A stretch of 64,000 nucleotides of DNA. Source: Dehalococcoidia bacterium (GTDB lineage Bacteria > Chloroflexota > Dehalococcoidia > UBA2979). The stretch spans positions 1,504,001-1,568,000 of the forward strand of contig OZ244720.1 of assembly GCA_965219085.1 (NCBI GenBank). Reading direction: 5' to 3'. A program made the position numbers and the translations under genes. Below are positions 24,027 through 35,105 of this stretch, one piece after another. The notes beneath the pieces were generated by a model. The model had not been told where the DNA came from and made no database searches. It was given only the letters and a program-made list of their open reading frames with translations. Every line of letters begins with the position of its first letter. Position 1 is the first letter of the stretch.

Positions 24027-24812
24027 GTGGTCCAGGCCGAACGACTGGTCAACCGCAAGCGGCGCACCGGCACCGTGGTGTCGTCGACGAACGACAAGAC
24101 GGTGATCGTTGCCGTCTCGCGCGCGACGCGCCACCGCCTCTACCGCAAGGTGATCCGCCAGACGAAGCGCTACGCCGTGCATGACCCCGACAACCTCGCG
24201 ACCGTTGGCGACCTCGTGACGATCGAGGAGTCGCGGCCGATCAGCAAGACCAAGCACTGGCGGCTCGTCGATGTGATGACCGAGCGTGACGTGGCCGAGG
24301 TGGCCCCGACGAGCCTCGACGAAGCGCTGGTCGACGAGATGCAGCGCACCGCCGCCCGCGCGGCCGCCGAGGCCGGTGAGGCCGGCGGCGCCGGCGCCGA
24401 CGCCGCCGCGCGCGCAGCCGCCGACATGGGGCCGGCCGCGACGGAGCCCGCCACCGCTGATGTGGAGCCCGCCGCGACCGAGCCCGCCACCACTGAGGTG
24501 GAGCCGGCCGAGACGGAGCCCGCGACCGCTGAGGTGGAGCCCGCCGCGACCGAGCCCGCCACCACTGAGGTGGAGCCGGCCGAGACGGAGCCCGCCACCG
24601 CTGAGGTGGAGCCCGCTGAGGTGGAGCCCGCCACCACTGAGGTGGAGCCGGCCGCGACCGAGCCCCCGACCGCTGAGGTGGAGCCCGCCGAAACGGAGCC
24701 CGCCACCGCTGAGGTGGAGCCCGCCGAAACGGAGCCCGCCCCCACTGCGGTGGAGCCCGCCGAAACAGAGCCCGCCGAGGACGGCGACAACGAACGTGGA
24801 GCCGGGTCGTGA
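24027..24812 (+). CDS. rpsQ: 30S ribosomal protein S17 with a C-terminal extension of about 170 aa
   Basis: GTVVS..DKTVIV, HD..N...[15 protein letters not shown], followed by repeats. Confidence 0.95.
   Translation: MVQAERLVNRKRRTGTVVSSTNDKTVIVAVSRATRHRLYRKVIRQTKRYAVHDPDNLATVGDLVTIEESRPISKTKHWRLVDVMTERDVAEVAPTSLDEALVDEMQRTAARAAAEAGEAGGAGADAAARAAADMGPAATEPATADVEPAATEPATTEVEPAETEPATAEVEPAATEPATTEVEPAETEPATAEVEPAEVEPATTEVEPAATEPPTAEVEPAETEPATAEVEPAETEPAPTAVEPAETEPAEDGDNERGAGS
24432..24776 (+). repeat. About 9.6 x 36-nt coding tandem repeat (PA[AE]TEPAT[AT]EVE) in rpsQ
   Basis: Directly adjacent 12-aa units, no spacers. Confidence 0.95.
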
Positions 24813-25180
24813 TCCAGCAAGAGAGCCGTCTCAAGGTCGCGGACAACTCCGGCGCACGCGAGTTGCTGTGCATCCGCGTGCTGGGTGGGAGCGGGCGCCG
24901 CTATGCCGGCGTCGGTGACCTGATCGTCGCGACCGTCAAGGACGCGCAGCCCAACAGTCCCGTGCGCAAGGGCGAGGTCGTGCACGCGGTCGTCGTGCGT
25001 ACCGCGCACCCCGTGCAGCGCCCGGACGGCTCAACCATCAAGTTCGACGACAACGCCGCGGTCGTCCTCGAGAGCCGCGACGGCAACCCGCGCGGCACGC
25101 GCATCACGGGTCCCGTGGCGCGGGAGCTGCGCGACCGCCAGTTCATGCGCATCGTCTCGCTCGCTCCGGAGGTGCTGTGA
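24809..25180 (+). CDS. rplN: 50S ribosomal protein L14
   Basis: [21 protein letters not shown]. Confidence 0.98.
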   Translation: MIQQESRLKVADNSGARELLCIRVLGGSGRRYAGVGDLIVATVKDAQPNSPVRKGEVVHAVVVRTAHPVQRPDGSTIKFDDNAAVVLESRDGNPRGTRITGPVARELRDRQFMRIVSLAPEVL

Positions 25181-25497
25181 TGGCGGCCCGGGTGAAGCGC
25201 AACGACACGGTCCAGGTGATCGCGGGCAAGGACCGCGGGCGCCGCGGTTCGGTGCGGCAGGTGTTGCCGAAGAACGACCGCGTGATCGTGACCGGGATCA
25301 ACATGGTGAAGAAGCATCGCCGGTCGCAGAATCCGACGACCCCGTCGGACATCATCGACCTCGAGGCGCCGCTGCACCTCTCCAACGTGATGCTGGTCTG
25401 TCCGTCCTGCGACGCGACCACGCGAGTAGGGTTCCAGGCGCTGGATGGCGGCGGCAAGACGCGCGTCTGCAAGCGCTGCGGCGACGCAATCGACTAG
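25180..25497 (+). CDS. rplX: 50S ribosomal protein L24
   Basis: [17 protein letters not shown], two CxxC. Confidence 0.97.
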   Translation: MAARVKRNDTVQVIAGKDRGRRGSVRQVLPKNDRVIVTGINMVKKHRRSQNPTTPSDIIDLEAPLHLSNVMLVCPSCDATTRVGFQALDGGGKTRVCKRCGDAID

Positions 25498-25511
25498 GGG
25501 TACGAGTACTG

Positions 25512-26072
25512 ATGGTCACGGCGACAAAGCCCCGGCTGCGACAGCGCTACGAGGACGAGATCCACGGCGCGCTCATGCGCGAGTTCGGCTACTCGAACCC
25601 GATGGAGGCGCCGACCCTGCGCAAGATCGGGGTCAACATCGGCCTCGGGGAGGCGCTCGACAACGGCCGCGCGATCGACAGCGCGACCCAGGATCTGCGG
25701 TTGATCACCGGGCAGAAGCCGGTGGTGACACGGGCCAAGCGGGCCATCTCCAACTTCCGGCTGCGCGAGGGCAACGCGATTGGCCTCAAGCTGACGCTGC
25801 GCCGCGACCGCATGTGGGAGTTCTACGAGCGGCTGGTGCACATCGCGCTGCCGCGCGTACGCGACTTCCGCGGCGTCTCGCCGAACTCATTCGACGGACG
25901 CGGGAACTACTCGCTCGGGGTGACCGAGCAGGTGATCTTCCCGGAGGTGAGCTTCGACAGCATCGAGCGCGTGCGGGGGCTGCAGATCAACGTGATCACC
26001 TCGGCGCGGACAGACGAAGAGGGCAAGCGGCTCCTGGAGCTGCTGGGCATGCCGTTCGCGCGGGCGCAGTAG
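25512..26072 (+). CDS. rplE: 50S ribosomal protein L5
   Basis: [22 protein letters not shown]. Confidence 0.98.
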   Translation: MVTATKPRLRQRYEDEIHGALMREFGYSNPMEAPTLRKIGVNIGLGEALDNGRAIDSATQDLRLITGQKPVVTRAKRAISNFRLREGNAIGLKLTLRRDRMWEFYERLVHIALPRVRDFRGVSPNSFDGRGNYSLGVTEQVIFPEVSFDSIERVRGLQINVITSARTDEEGKRLLELLGMPFARAQ

Positions 26073-26113
26073 CGCACGCGCTTCGGGATGCATGAGTACG
26101 GAGGAAGAGACGG

Positions 26114-26317
26114 ATGGCGCGCAAGTCGCTGATTGCGGCCGCGAACCGCGAGCCGAAGTACTCGAGCCGCAAGGTGAACCGCTGCCCTGTGGTGTGGCGC
26201 AACCGGCCGTGCGGTCGTGCCCGGGCGTTCATGAGACGCTTCCAGATGTGCCGGATCTGTTTCCGGACGCTGGCCAACCAGGGCAAACTGCCCGGCGTTC
26301 GCAAGTCGTCGTGGTAA
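26114..26317 (+). CDS. rpsN: 30S ribosomal protein S14, Zn-binding (type Z)
   Basis: NRC-x8-CGR...MCRICFR...LPGVRKSSW. Confidence 0.93.
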   Translation: MARKSLIAAANREPKYSSRKVNRCPVVWRNRPCGRARAFMRRFQMCRICFRTLANQGKLPGVRKSSW

Positions 26318-26357
26318 GCACGGCGAAGCACGGCGGAGAGGGGACGAGCACGAACCG

Positions 26358-26756
26358 ATGAGCATGTCTGACCCCCTGGCCGACATGTGCACGCGCATCC
26401 GCAATGGGCTGGGCGCGCGCCATGACTCGGTCCGCGTACCCGCCTCCAAGCTGAAGCAGGCGATCGCCGACGTCCTGCAGTCCGAGGGCTTCATCGCCGG
26501 CTACTCGGAGGAGCAGGAGGGCAGCCGCAGCTATCTGCGGCTGCGCCTCAACTACCTCTCCGACCAGCAGGCCGCAATCGGCGGTATCCGGCGCGTCTCG
26601 CGCCCCGGCCTGCGCGTATACGTGAACCGCCGCGAGATCCCGAGGGTCTACGGCGGCCTCGGCGTGGCCGTGATGAGCACCTCCCAGGGCGTGATGACGG
26701 GACAGGAAGCCTGGCGCCGCAAGGTCGGCGGCGAGGTCCTGTGCTACGTCTGGTAG
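26358..26756 (+). CDS. rpsH: 30S ribosomal protein S8
   Basis: [28 protein letters not shown]. Confidence 0.98.
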   Translation: MSMSDPLADMCTRIRNGLGARHDSVRVPASKLKQAIADVLQSEGFIAGYSEEQEGSRSYLRLRLNYLSDQQAAIGGIRRVSRPGLRVYVNRREIPRVYGGLGVAVMSTSQGVMTGQEAWRRKVGGEVLCYVW

Positions 26757-26779
26757 CCGGATAGGCAGGCAGAACAACG

Positions 26780-27313
26780 ATGTCTCGCGTGGGCAAGCAG
26801 CCGGTTCCCGTCCCCGACGGCGTGCAGGTGCAACTCGACGACGGCGTGTGCCGCGTGCAAGGGCCGCGCGGCGAGCTGTCGCAGGCACTGCACCGCGAGA
26901 TGGACGTGCAGCTCGACGACGGCGCCGTCGTCGTCACGCGGCCGTCCGACGCGCCGAACCACCGCGCGCTGCACGGGCTGACACGCTCGCTCATCGCCAA
27001 CATGGTGGAGGGCGTGACGCAGGGCTTCACGAAGTCCCTCGAGATTGTCGGTACCGGGTACCGCGCCGAGCTGCGCGGGGACAGCCTGGTGCTGAACGTC
27101 GGCTTCTCGCACCAGGTCGAACTGCAGCCGCTCGACGGCGTTACGTTCGAGGTGGAGACGGCGACACGCGTGCACGTGCACGGCATCGACAAGCAGGTGG
27201 TGGGGCAGCAGGCGGCGCTGGTGCGTCGCGTGCGGCCGCCCGAGCCGTACCAGGGCAAGGGCATCCGCTACCGTGGCGAGCAGGTCCGGCGCAAGGCCGG
27301 GAAGCGCGGCTAG
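26780..27313 (+). CDS. rplF: 50S ribosomal protein L6
   Basis: [21 protein letters not shown]. Confidence 0.98.
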   Translation: MSRVGKQPVPVPDGVQVQLDDGVCRVQGPRGELSQALHREMDVQLDDGAVVVTRPSDAPNHRALHGLTRSLIANMVEGVTQGFTKSLEIVGTGYRAELRGDSLVLNVGFSHQVELQPLDGVTFEVETATRVHVHGIDKQVVGQQAALVRRVRPPEPYQGKGIRYRGEQVRRKAGKRG

Positions 27314-27324
27314 GAGCGCTCGCG

Positions 27325-27693
27325 ATGAGCAGCAGCCAGAACACACGCCGCGCGGGGCGGCTGCGCCGTCACCGGCGCCTCCGCAACCGCGTCGCCGGCA
27401 CCGCCGAGCGTCCGCGCCTTGCCGTGTACCGCTCGGCGCAACACATCTACGCGCAGGTCATCGACGACCGCGCCGGGCACACGCTCGCGTCAGCCTCGGA
27501 CCTCGATCCGGCGCTGCGCGAGAACGGCAGCGGGACGAAGACGGATCGCGCACGCGCCGTGGGCACGCTGCTCGCGCAGCGCACGCGCGAAGCGGGGCAC
27601 GAGGCCGTGGTGTTCGACCGCGGCGGCTTCGCCTTCAAGGGCCGTGTGCGCGCGCTGGCCGAGGCCGCGCGCGAGGAAGGGCTGGTCTTCTGA
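27325..27693 (+). CDS. rplR: 50S ribosomal protein L18
   Basis: [24 protein letters not shown]. Confidence 0.97.
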   Translation: MSSSQNTRRAGRLRRHRRLRNRVAGTAERPRLAVYRSAQHIYAQVIDDRAGHTLASASDLDPALRENGSGTKTDRARAVGTLLAQRTREAGHEAVVFDRGGFAFKGRVRALAEAAREEGLVF

Positions 27694-28265
27694 TGGTGCA
27701 GCAGCGCGGCGGGCGCGACCGAGGCGACCGCGACCGTGATCGCGGCGGCCGGGGCCGGCGCGGCGACCGTCGCCGCGACGCCGAGCCCGAGGGCCCCGAA
27801 TACATCGAGAAGGTCGTGGACATCAACCGCGTCGCGAAGGTCGTCAAGGGCGGGCGGCGCTTCTCCTTCACCGCCGTCGTCGTCGTCGGCGACGGGGCGG
27901 GGCGCGCCGGCTTCGGCATGGGCCGCGCCAACGAGGTGCCCGAGGCGATCCGCAAGGGCGGCGTCATCGCACGGCGCTCGATGATCCAGGTGCCGATGCG
28001 CGAGGGCACGATCGTCCACGAGCTGGTGGCGCGCTTCAAGGCGTCGAAGATCGTGATGCGGCCGGCCGCGCCGGGCGCGGGCATCATCGCCGGTGGTGCC
28101 GTGCGCGCGATCATGGAGGCGGCGGGCGTGACCGATGTGCTCACGAAGTCGCTCGGCTCCAACAACCCCGTGAACGTGGTGCGCGCGACCATCGACGGCC
28201 TCAACTCGCTGCGCGACCCGGAGCAGGCGGTGGCCGCCCGGCGCGCACTGGTGGGTGCGGAGTAG
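27693..28265 (+). CDS. rpsE: 30S ribosomal protein S5
   Basis: [24 protein letters not shown]. Confidence 0.98.
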   Translation: MVQQRGGRDRGDRDRDRGGRGRRGDRRRDAEPEGPEYIEKVVDINRVAKVVKGGRRFSFTAVVVVGDGAGRAGFGMGRANEVPEAIRKGGVIARRSMIQVPMREGTIVHELVARFKASKIVMRPAAPGAGIIAGGAVRAIMEAAGVTDVLTKSLGSNNPVNVVRATIDGLNSLRDPEQAVAARRALVGAE

Positions 28266-28269
28266 CAAG

Positions 28270-28452
28270 ATGGCGAAGCTGCGCATCACCTGGGTCAAGT
28301 CCGGCATCGGCTACGCCGAACGCCAGAAGCGCACGATCCGTGCGCTGGGGCTCAAGCGTCTCCACCACAGCGTGGAGCACGACGACAACCCCACCATCCG
28401 GGGTATGGCGCACAAGGTGCGGCACCTGGTGACCCTCGAGGAGGTCGAGTAG
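28270..28452 (+). CDS. rpmD: 50S ribosomal protein L30
   Basis: KSGIG, TIRALGL, IRGM..KV.HLV. Confidence 0.96.
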   Translation: MAKLRITWVKSGIGYAERQKRTIRALGLKRLHHSVEHDDNPTIRGMAHKVRHLVTLEEVE

Positions 28453-28949
28453 TGGACCAGCACACGCTCCGGCCGCCGGCCGGCGCGAAGCGGCCGCGGC
28501 TGCGGCGCGGCCGCGGTAACGCCTCCGGCAAGGGCACGTACTCAGGCCGCGGGCTGAAGGGCCAGAAGGCGCGCAGCGGCGGCAAGGTGCGGCCGGGCTT
28601 CGAGGGCGGGCAGATCCCGCTGATCCGCCGCATCGCGCACAAGCCCGGGTTCCGCAACCCGTTCCGCACCGAGTTCCAGGCCGTGAACCTGCGCGACCTC
28701 GAGGCGCGCTTCGAGCCGGGCGCCGTCGTCGACGGCGAGTCGCTCGCCGCCCTACGGCTCATCGACGACCCCGACGAGCTCTTCAAGGTGCTGGCCAAGG
28801 GCGAGCTGACGCACGCGCTCACGGTGCGCGCGCCGCGCCTCTCCGCCTCCGCGAAGGAGGCGATCACGGCTGCCGGTGGCAGCTTCCAGGAACTGGCCCC
28901 GGCCGTGCGCAGGGTGCGCAACCGCATCCACCGGCGCGGGGAGAACTAG
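28452..28949 (+). CDS. rplO: 50S ribosomal protein L15
   Basis: GRG..SG.G..SGRG.KGQKARSG, FEGGQ.PL. Confidence 0.97.
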   Translation: MDQHTLRPPAGAKRPRLRRGRGNASGKGTYSGRGLKGQKARSGGKVRPGFEGGQIPLIRRIAHKPGFRNPFRTEFQAVNLRDLEARFEPGAVVDGESLAALRLIDDPDELFKVLAKGELTHALTVRAPRLSASAKEAITAAGGSFQELAPAVRRVRNRIHRRGEN

Positions 28950-28952
28950 ACC

Positions 28953-30293
28953 GTGGCGCAGCAGCAGACCGCTCCTCCCCAGCGGCCGCGGCTGCTGCAG
29001 GCGGCCGTCGACGCGTTCCAGCAGCCCGATATCCGCCAGAAGATCCTGTTCACGCTCGCGATGCTGCTCATCTTCCGCTTCGTCGCGCACGTGCCCGTGC
29101 CGGGCATCAACTCCGACGTGCTGCAGGACGTCTTCGACAACAACGCGATCCTTGGCTTCCTCAACATCTTCTCGGGCGGCGCGCTGGAGAACCTCTCCGT
29201 GGCCGCGCTCGGGGTCTACCCCTACATCACCGCCTCGATCGTGATGCAGCTCGCCGTGCCGCTCATCCCGCGGCTGCAGGCGCTGTCGCGCGAGGGCGAG
29301 TCCGGCCGGCAGCGGATCCAGCAGTACACGCACTACCTGTGCGTGCCGCTGGCCGCGTTCCAGGGCTACGCACAGCTGCTGCTGATCCAGCAGTTCGGCG
29401 GCGTGAGCGGCATCTCGCTGAGCGGCGCCGAGGCGCTCCCGACCGTCGCGACCATCGCCTCTATGGTGGCGGGCACGATGTTCCTCGTGTGGCTCGGCGA
29501 GCTGATCTCGGAGGAGGGCATCGGCAACGGCATCTCGCTCATCATCTTCAGCGGCATCGTCGCCGGGCTGCCGGGCATCGTCGGCCGGGCCGGGCTGTCC
29601 GGGACGGGCGCGACGCTGAGCGCGATCCTGCTGCTGGCGCTCATCACCCTCGCCGTCGTGGCGCTGATCGTGCTGTTCCAGGAGGCGCAGCGCCGCCTCC
29701 CCGTGCAGTACGCGAGGTCGACCATCCGTGGGGGGCGGATGTACCGGCAGCAGGGGCAGACGCACATACCGCTGCGGGTGAACACGGCGGGGATGATCCC
29801 GCTGATCTTCGCGTTCTCGATCATGATCTTCCCGCCTGCGTTCGCGCAGTTCGTGGCGGAGACCTCGGACGTGGGGTGGATCGCGGACGTGGCGCGGTTC
29901 GTCCAGAACACGCTCACGCCGGCGAACTTCATCTACTGGCTGCTGGTCTTCGTCATGGTCGTGCTGTTCGCGTTCTTCTACACGATGGTGGTGTTCCAGC
30001 AGCAGAACCTGGCCGAGAACCTCCAGCGGCAGGGTGGGTTCATCCCCGGCATCCGGCCGGGACGCCCGACGCAGGAGTACATCTCGCGGGTGCTGATCCG
30101 CATCACATGGGGCGGCGCCATCTTCCTCGGATTCGTCGCGATCCTGCCGTTCTTCGCCACGATGCTGACGAACGTGCAGGCGCTGCAGATCAGCGCCGCC
30201 GGGCTGCTGATCGTGGTGGGCGTCGTGATCGATACGATGCGGCAACTGGAAGCGCAGATGATGATGCGCAACTACGAAGGGTTCATAGCCTGA
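28953..30293 (+). CDS. secY: Preprotein translocase subunit SecY
   Basis: ALGVYPYITASI, GIGNGISL, FIPGIRPG; 10 TM pattern. Confidence 0.98.
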   Translation: MAQQQTAPPQRPRLLQAAVDAFQQPDIRQKILFTLAMLLIFRFVAHVPVPGINSDVLQDVFDNNAILGFLNIFSGGALENLSVAALGVYPYITASIVMQLAVPLIPRLQALSREGESGRQRIQQYTHYLCVPLAAFQGYAQLLLIQQFGGVSGISLSGAEALPTVATIASMVAGTMFLVWLGELISEEGIGNGISLIIFSGIVAGLPGIVGRAGLSGTGATLSAILLLALITLAVVALIVLFQEAQRRLPVQYARSTIRGGRMYRQQGQTHIPLRVNTAGMIPLIFAFSIMIFPPAFAQFVAETSDVGWIADVARFVQNTLTPANFIYWLLVFVMVVLFAFFYTMVVFQQQNLAENLQRQGGFIPGIRPGRPTQEYISRVLIRITWGGAIFLGFVAILPFFATMLTNVQALQISAAGLLIVVGVVIDTMRQLEAQMMMRNYEGFIA

Positions 30294-30856
30294 TGCGGCT
30301 GGTGATTCTGGGACTGATCGGCGCGGGCAAGGGCACGCAGGCCAAGATCTGCGCCGAACAGCACAACCTCCTCCACCTCTCGACCGGCGACATGCTGCGC
30401 GAGGCCGTCGCGGCCGGCACCGAGCTGGGCAACCAGGCCAACGAGTACATGACCTCCGGCCAGCTCGTCCCCGACGAGCTCGTGATCGACATGCTGCTCG
30501 AGCGCATCGGCCAGCCGGACGCCGAGGGCGGGTTCATCCTCGACGGCTTCCCGCGCACGGTCGGGCAGGCGGAGGCGCTGGAGACGGCGCTGACCGGGCG
30601 CTCGCTGGACATCGACACGGCGCCGTTCATCCGCGTGCCGGAGGAGATGCTGCTGGAGCGCGTCGCGCGCCGCGCGGAGATCGAGGGCCGCGCCGACGAC
30701 TCGCCGGAGGTGGCGCAGCGCCGCCTGCGCGAGCAGTCTGAGGGCATCGAAGGCGTCGCGAGCTTCTACGCGAGCCGCGGCAAGCTGCAGGACGTGGACG
30801 GCGTCGGCAGCGTCGAGGAAGTGAACGCGCGGCTGGAAGCCGCGCTGGCAGGCTAG
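30293..30856 (+). CDS. adk: Adenylate kinase (short form, no LID domain)
   Basis: GAGKGTQA, STGDMLR, LDGFPRT, RADD. Confidence 0.95.
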   Translation: MRLVILGLIGAGKGTQAKICAEQHNLLHLSTGDMLREAVAAGTELGNQANEYMTSGQLVPDELVIDMLLERIGQPDAEGGFILDGFPRTVGQAEALETALTGRSLDIDTAPFIRVPEEMLLERVARRAEIEGRADDSPEVAQRRLREQSEGIEGVASFYASRGKLQDVDGVGSVEEVNARLEAALAG

Positions 30857-30908
30857 GTCCCGGTCACGCCCAGTGCGTGCCGGGTACATCGTGAAGGCGT
30901 AACATAGA

Positions 30909-31709
30909 TTGACGTCCGTCGAACTGAAGTCGTCAGACGAGATCGCGGTCATGCGCGAGGCCGGGCTTCGCAACGCCGAGGTGCGCAAGGTGCTCCTCGA
31001 CGCGATCGAGCCGGGCGTGACGGGCCGGGAGCTGGACGAGCTGGCGAAGGCGGAGATCGCGAAGCGCGACGCCGAGCCGACGTTCATGGGGTACGCGCCG
31101 GGCGGCAGACCGCCCTACCCGGGCGCGATTTGCTACTGCGTGAACGCGCAGCTCGTGCACGGGATTCCCGGCGACCTCGCGCTTGTGGAGGGGGACATCG
31201 TCAGTATCGACCTCGGCGTGACGTACCACGGCTACGTGTCGGACGCGGCGTTCACCGTTGCGGTGGGCGACGTGTCCCCGGAGGTCGCGGAGTTGCTGCG
31301 AGTGACGCAGGCCGCACTGCTCGCGGGAATCGAGCAGGCGCGTGCCGGGAAGTACCTGGGGGACGTCTCGCACGCGATCGGCGCGCAGGGGCAGCAGGCC
31401 GGGTACGGCATCATCCGCGAGTACGGCGGACACGGCGTGGGCCGGGAGATGCATGAAGCCCCGCACATCGCCAACTTCGGCCGGCCCGGCGTTGGGTACC
31501 GGCTGAAGGCCGGGATGGTCCTGGCGCTCGAGCCCATGTTCGCGATGGGCGGCGAGCGTACGTTCGAGGAGGAAGACCACTGGACGGTGAGCATGCTTGA
31601 CGGCAGCCTGTGCGCCCACTTCGAGGAGACGGTGGCGATCACCGGAGATGCGCCGGAGGTGCTGACCAGCCTCGCCCGGCTGCCCTCGCGAGCGGAGGCG
31701 ACGGCCTGA
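30909..31709 (+). CDS. map: Methionine aminopeptidase type I
   Basis: VHGIPG, GHGVG..MHE.P, LEPM, AHFE. Confidence 0.95.
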   Translation: MTSVELKSSDEIAVMREAGLRNAEVRKVLLDAIEPGVTGRELDELAKAEIAKRDAEPTFMGYAPGGRPPYPGAICYCVNAQLVHGIPGDLALVEGDIVSIDLGVTYHGYVSDAAFTVAVGDVSPEVAELLRVTQAALLAGIEQARAGKYLGDVSHAIGAQGQQAGYGIIREYGGHGVGREMHEAPHIANFGRPGVGYRLKAGMVLALEPMFAMGGERTFEEEDHWTVSMLDGSLCAHFEETVAITGDAPEVLTSLARLPSRAEATA

Positions 31710-31960
31710 TGCCGCAACGCAAGGAGAAGCAGCGCCAGCAGCAGAAGAAGAAAGAGGTCATCGAGGTGGAGGGCGTCGTGCGCGACGCGCTCCCGAACGC
31801 GCAGTTCGACGTGGAGTTGCCAAACGGCCACCACGTCCTCGCGCACGTGTCGGGGAAGATGAAGGTGCACTACATCCGCATCCTTCTGGGCGACCGTGTG
31901 CTGGTGGAACTGAGCCCGTACGACCTCACGCGCGGACGGATCACGTACCGCTTCCGCTAG
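31709..31960 (+). CDS. infA: Translation initiation factor IF-1
   Basis: [25 protein letters not shown]. Confidence 0.97.
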   Translation: MPQRKEKQRQQQKKKEVIEVEGVVRDALPNAQFDVELPNGHHVLAHVSGKMKVHYIRILLGDRVLVELSPYDLTRGRITYRFR

Positions 31961-31982
31961 ACGCGGACGGACGGAGCAGGCG

Positions 31983-32096
31983 ATGAAGGTACGAGCCTCT
32001 GTGAAGAAGCGGTGCGACCGCTGCCAGATCATCCGGCGACACGGCCGGTTGCGCGTGATCTGCGTGATCCCGCGACACCGCCAGCGCCAGGGTTAG
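31983..32096 (+). CDS. rpmJ: 50S ribosomal protein L36
   Basis: Not in ORF track; translated by hand: [37 protein letters not shown]. Confidence 0.97.
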   Translation: MKVRASVKKRCDRCQIIRRHGRLRVICVIPRHRQRQG

Positions 32097-32134
32097 AACA
32101 CGAGACGAAGCGGACTGGGCGAGGAGGACGGACG

Positions 32135-32518
32135 ATGGCACGAATAGCCGGCGTCGACATCCCCAACGACAAGCGTCTGGAGTTCTCACTGCCGTACGTG
32201 TACGGCATCGGCCGCTCGCGGACGAAGCAGATCGCGAAGCAGATCAACATCCCGCTCGACAAGATGGTCGGCGACCTCACCGAGGAAGAGCTCGTGCGCC
32301 TGCGCGCGGTCGTCGAGGGTGAGTACATGGTCGAGGGTGACCTGCGGCGCGACGTGCGGCAGAACATCCAGCGGCTGATCGAGATCAACTGTTACCGGGG
32401 GTTCCGCCATCGGCGCGGGCTGCCGGTGCGAGGCCAGCGCACGCGCACCAACGCGCGCACGCGCCGAGGCTCGAAGCGCACCGTCGCCGGCAAGCGACGC
32501 GTGGCGCGCAAGAAGTAA
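32135..32518 (+). CDS. rpsM: 30S ribosomal protein S13
   Basis: [26 protein letters not shown]. Confidence 0.98.
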   Translation: MARIAGVDIPNDKRLEFSLPYVYGIGRSRTKQIAKQINIPLDKMVGDLTEEELVRLRAVVEGEYMVEGDLRRDVRQNIQRLIEINCYRGFRHRRGLPVRGQRTRTNARTRRGSKRTVAGKRRVARKK

Positions 32519-32533
32519 GGGAGCGCGCGACAT

Positions 32534-32917
32534 ATGGGAGGCCGGCGCGGACGGCGACGCGAACGCAAATCGATCCCGAGAGGGCGGGCGTATATCCGCT
32601 CGACGTTCAACAACACCCTGATCACCATGACCGACCCGAACGGGAACGTCGTGGCGTGGGGCTCGGGCGGCACCGCGGGATTCCGTGGTTCGCGCAAGAG
32701 CACGCCGTACGCGGCGCAACTCGCGGCCGAGGGCGCCGCGCAGACAGCGATCGAGAACGGCATGCGCGAGATCGAGGTCTACGTGCGCGGGCCGGGAGCC
32801 GGCCGCGAGGCCGCGGTACGCGCACTGCAGGCCACCGGGCTGCGCGTCTCCTCGATCCGCGACACCACGCCGATCCCGCACAACGGCTGCCGCCAGCGGC
32901 GCCGGCCGCGGACGTAG
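32534..32917 (+). CDS. rpsK: 30S ribosomal protein S11
   Basis: [23 protein letters not shown]. Confidence 0.98.
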   Translation: MGGRRGRRRERKSIPRGRAYIRSTFNNTLITMTDPNGNVVAWGSGGTAGFRGSRKSTPYAAQLAAEGAAQTAIENGMREIEVYVRGPGAGREAAVRALQATGLRVSSIRDTTPIPHNGCRQRRRPRT

Positions 32918-32931
32918 GGCGGGTAGCGCTC

Positions 32932-33540
32932 ATGGCTCGATACACCGGCCCCAGGGTCAAGAAGGCACGGCGCTACGGCGCGCCGATCTTCGCCAACGCA
33001 GCGGTGCTGCGCATGCGGCGGCAGGGCCCGCCCGGCGCGCGTCCCGCCCGCAGGCGCAAGATCTCCGACCGCGGCCTCCAACTCATCGAGAAGCAGAAGG
33101 TGCGTTTCGCCTATGGGCTGATGGAGAAGCAGTTCCGGCGCTACTACGAGCGCGCCGCGGCGCGCCCGGGCGTGACCGGCGACAACCTCATGGCCTCGCT
33201 CGAACGGCGCCTCGATAACGTCGTGTACCGCATGGGCTTCGGGGGCACGCGGGCGCAGGCGCGCCAGCTGGTGACGCACGGCTTGATCGCCGTCAACGGC
33301 AAGAAGCTGGACGTGCCGAGCGCGGCGACGTCGATCGGCGATCGTGTGGGCTTCTCGGATCGAGGCAAGCGCTCGAAGTACATCGATATCGTCAGGGAAG
33401 AGGTCCAGGGGCGCGAAGTGCCCGGCTGGATCGAAGTCGACCGCGATGCGCTGGAGGGACGCGTGTCGGGTGCGCCCGGCACGGGGGACGTCGAGCCCTT
33501 TTTCAACCCCAGCGCCATCGTCGAGTACTACTCACGCTAG
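32932..33540 (+). CDS. rpsD: 30S ribosomal protein S4
   Basis: MARYTGP, LERRLDNVVYR, IVEYYSR. Confidence 0.98.
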   Translation: MARYTGPRVKKARRYGAPIFANAAVLRMRRQGPPGARPARRRKISDRGLQLIEKQKVRFAYGLMEKQFRRYYERAAARPGVTGDNLMASLERRLDNVVYRMGFGGTRAQARQLVTHGLIAVNGKKLDVPSAATSIGDRVGFSDRGKRSKYIDIVREEVQGREVPGWIEVDRDALEGRVSGAPGTGDVEPFFNPSAIVEYYSR

Positions 33541-33597
33541 CAACAGGGCGGCCGAGCCGGACGGCCTGCCGCCACTACCACGCAGCGAGGTGTTTCA

Positions 33598-34710
33598 TTG
33601 GCTGCTGAACTGCAGAGCCCGGAGCTTCGGGTCGAGGACCAGAACTCGGACTACGTGAAGCTCGTGATGGAGCCGCTCGAGTCCGGCTTCGGCACGACTG
33701 TGGGTAACGCGCTCAGGCGCGTGCTGCTGTCGTCGTTGCCGGGCGCGGCGATTACGTCCGTACGCATCGAGGGCGTCGACCACGAGTTCTCGACCGTCGA
33801 CCACATGCAGGAGGACGTGACCGAGCTGCTGCTCAACCTCAAGGAGGTGCGCCTGCGCGCCTTCGCGGACCGGCCCGCGCGGCTGTTCCTGGAGGCAAGC
33901 GGCGAGACGGAGGTGCGCGCCGGAGACGTGCGCGCCACCGCGGACTACGAGGTCATCAATCCCGACCTGCATGTCGCGACGCTCGATAGCCCCGAGGCTT
34001 CGCTCGTCGTCGACCTCAACGTCGAGACCGGGCGCGGGTACACGCCGGCGGCGATGGCCGAAGGCCTGCCGATTGGCGTCATCCCCATCGACGCGCTGTT
34101 CACGCCGGTGCGGCGGGTCAACTACCACGTCTCCAACACCCGCGTGGGACAGGACACCAACTACGACCGCCTCGAGATCGAGGTGTGGACGGACGGCACC
34201 GTCGGCGGCGAGCAGGCGATCTCGATGGCCGCGGATATCCTCCGCGACCAGCTCCAGCCGCTCCAGTTGCTCGGTCACACCGAGCCGGAGCCGGAGCGCG
34301 TCGCGACGGATGCCGCGCGCCCCTTCGACGGCTACGAGACGCCGATCGAGGAACTCGAACTGTCGGTGCGCGCCTACAACTGCCTCAAGCGCTCCGGGCT
34401 GACCACGGTCGGCGCTATCCTCGAGCGCTCCGAGGAGGAACTGCTGGCGCTGCGCAACTTCGGGGAGAAGTCCTACGAGGAGCTGCGCGACAAGCTGACC
34501 GAGCACGGGTTCCCGTCCCCGCGCGGCGACGCGCGGCGTCAGGCCGAGCCCGCGGCGGTCGCCGAGCCGGTCGCGGCCGGTGCGGGGATGACCAGCGAGG
34601 CGCCCGCGGCCGAGGAAGAAGAGGCCGGTGTGGGTTCGCTCGGGGCGGCGCTGATCCAGGCGCTGCGTGAGGCCGGCGAGGATCCCTCGGACCTCGTCGA
34701 GGCCGAGTAG
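33598..34710 (+). CDS. rpoA: RNA polymerase alpha subunit with C-terminal extension
   Basis: EPLE.GFG.T.GNALRR.LLSS, LELSVRAYNCLKR, NFGEKS. Confidence 0.98.
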   Translation: MAAELQSPELRVEDQNSDYVKLVMEPLESGFGTTVGNALRRVLLSSLPGAAITSVRIEGVDHEFSTVDHMQEDVTELLLNLKEVRLRAFADRPARLFLEASGETEVRAGDVRATADYEVINPDLHVATLDSPEASLVVDLNVETGRGYTPAAMAEGLPIGVIPIDALFTPVRRVNYHVSNTRVGQDTNYDRLEIEVWTDGTVGGEQAISMAADILRDQLQPLQLLGHTEPEPERVATDAARPFDGYETPIEELELSVRAYNCLKRSGLTTVGAILERSEEELLALRNFGEKSYEELRDKLTEHGFPSPRGDARRQAEPAAVAEPVAAGAGMTSEAPAAEEEEAGVGSLGAALIQALREAGEDPSDLVEAE

Positions 34711-34748
34711 CGGCAACGAACACGGACGGCAGAGGCAGGTAGCGAGTT

Positions 34749-35099
34749 ATGCGCCACAAGGTCGACGGCCGGAAGTTCGATATGCCCACCGCGCAGCGGA
34801 TGGCCATGCTGCGCAACCTCACCACCGACGTGCTGCGTTACGGCTCGGTGCAGACCACCGAGGCGCGCGCCAAGGAAGCACGCCGATTCGTCGACCGCAT
34901 GGTCACGCTCGGCAAGCGCGGCACGCTGCACGCACGCCGTCAGGCGCTCGCGTTCGTCTACGACCCGAAGGTCGTGCAGCGGCTGTTCGACGAGCTCGCG
35001 CCGCAGTACGCGAACCGGCCCGGCGGCTACACGCGCGTCCAGAAGCTGGGCCAGCGCAAAGGCGACGGCTCGCGCATGGCGAAGCTGGAGTTGGTGTAG
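34749..35099 (+). CDS. rplQ: 50S ribosomal protein L17
   Basis: MRH, TT.ARAKE, RPGGYTR. Confidence 0.97.
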   Translation: MRHKVDGRKFDMPTAQRMAMLRNLTTDVLRYGSVQTTEARAKEARRFVDRMVTLGKRGTLHARRQALAFVYDPKVVQRLFDELAPQYANRPGGYTRVQKLGQRKGDGSRMAKLELV

Positions 35100-35105
35100 G
35101 CGCCC

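Noticed and set aside
24432-24776. 36-bp periodic repeat as a CRISPR array
   Set aside because: Units are contiguous, have no spacers, and are in frame within rpsQ.
30293-30856. LID-less adenylate kinase as a novelty
   Set aside because: Short-form Adk is well known.
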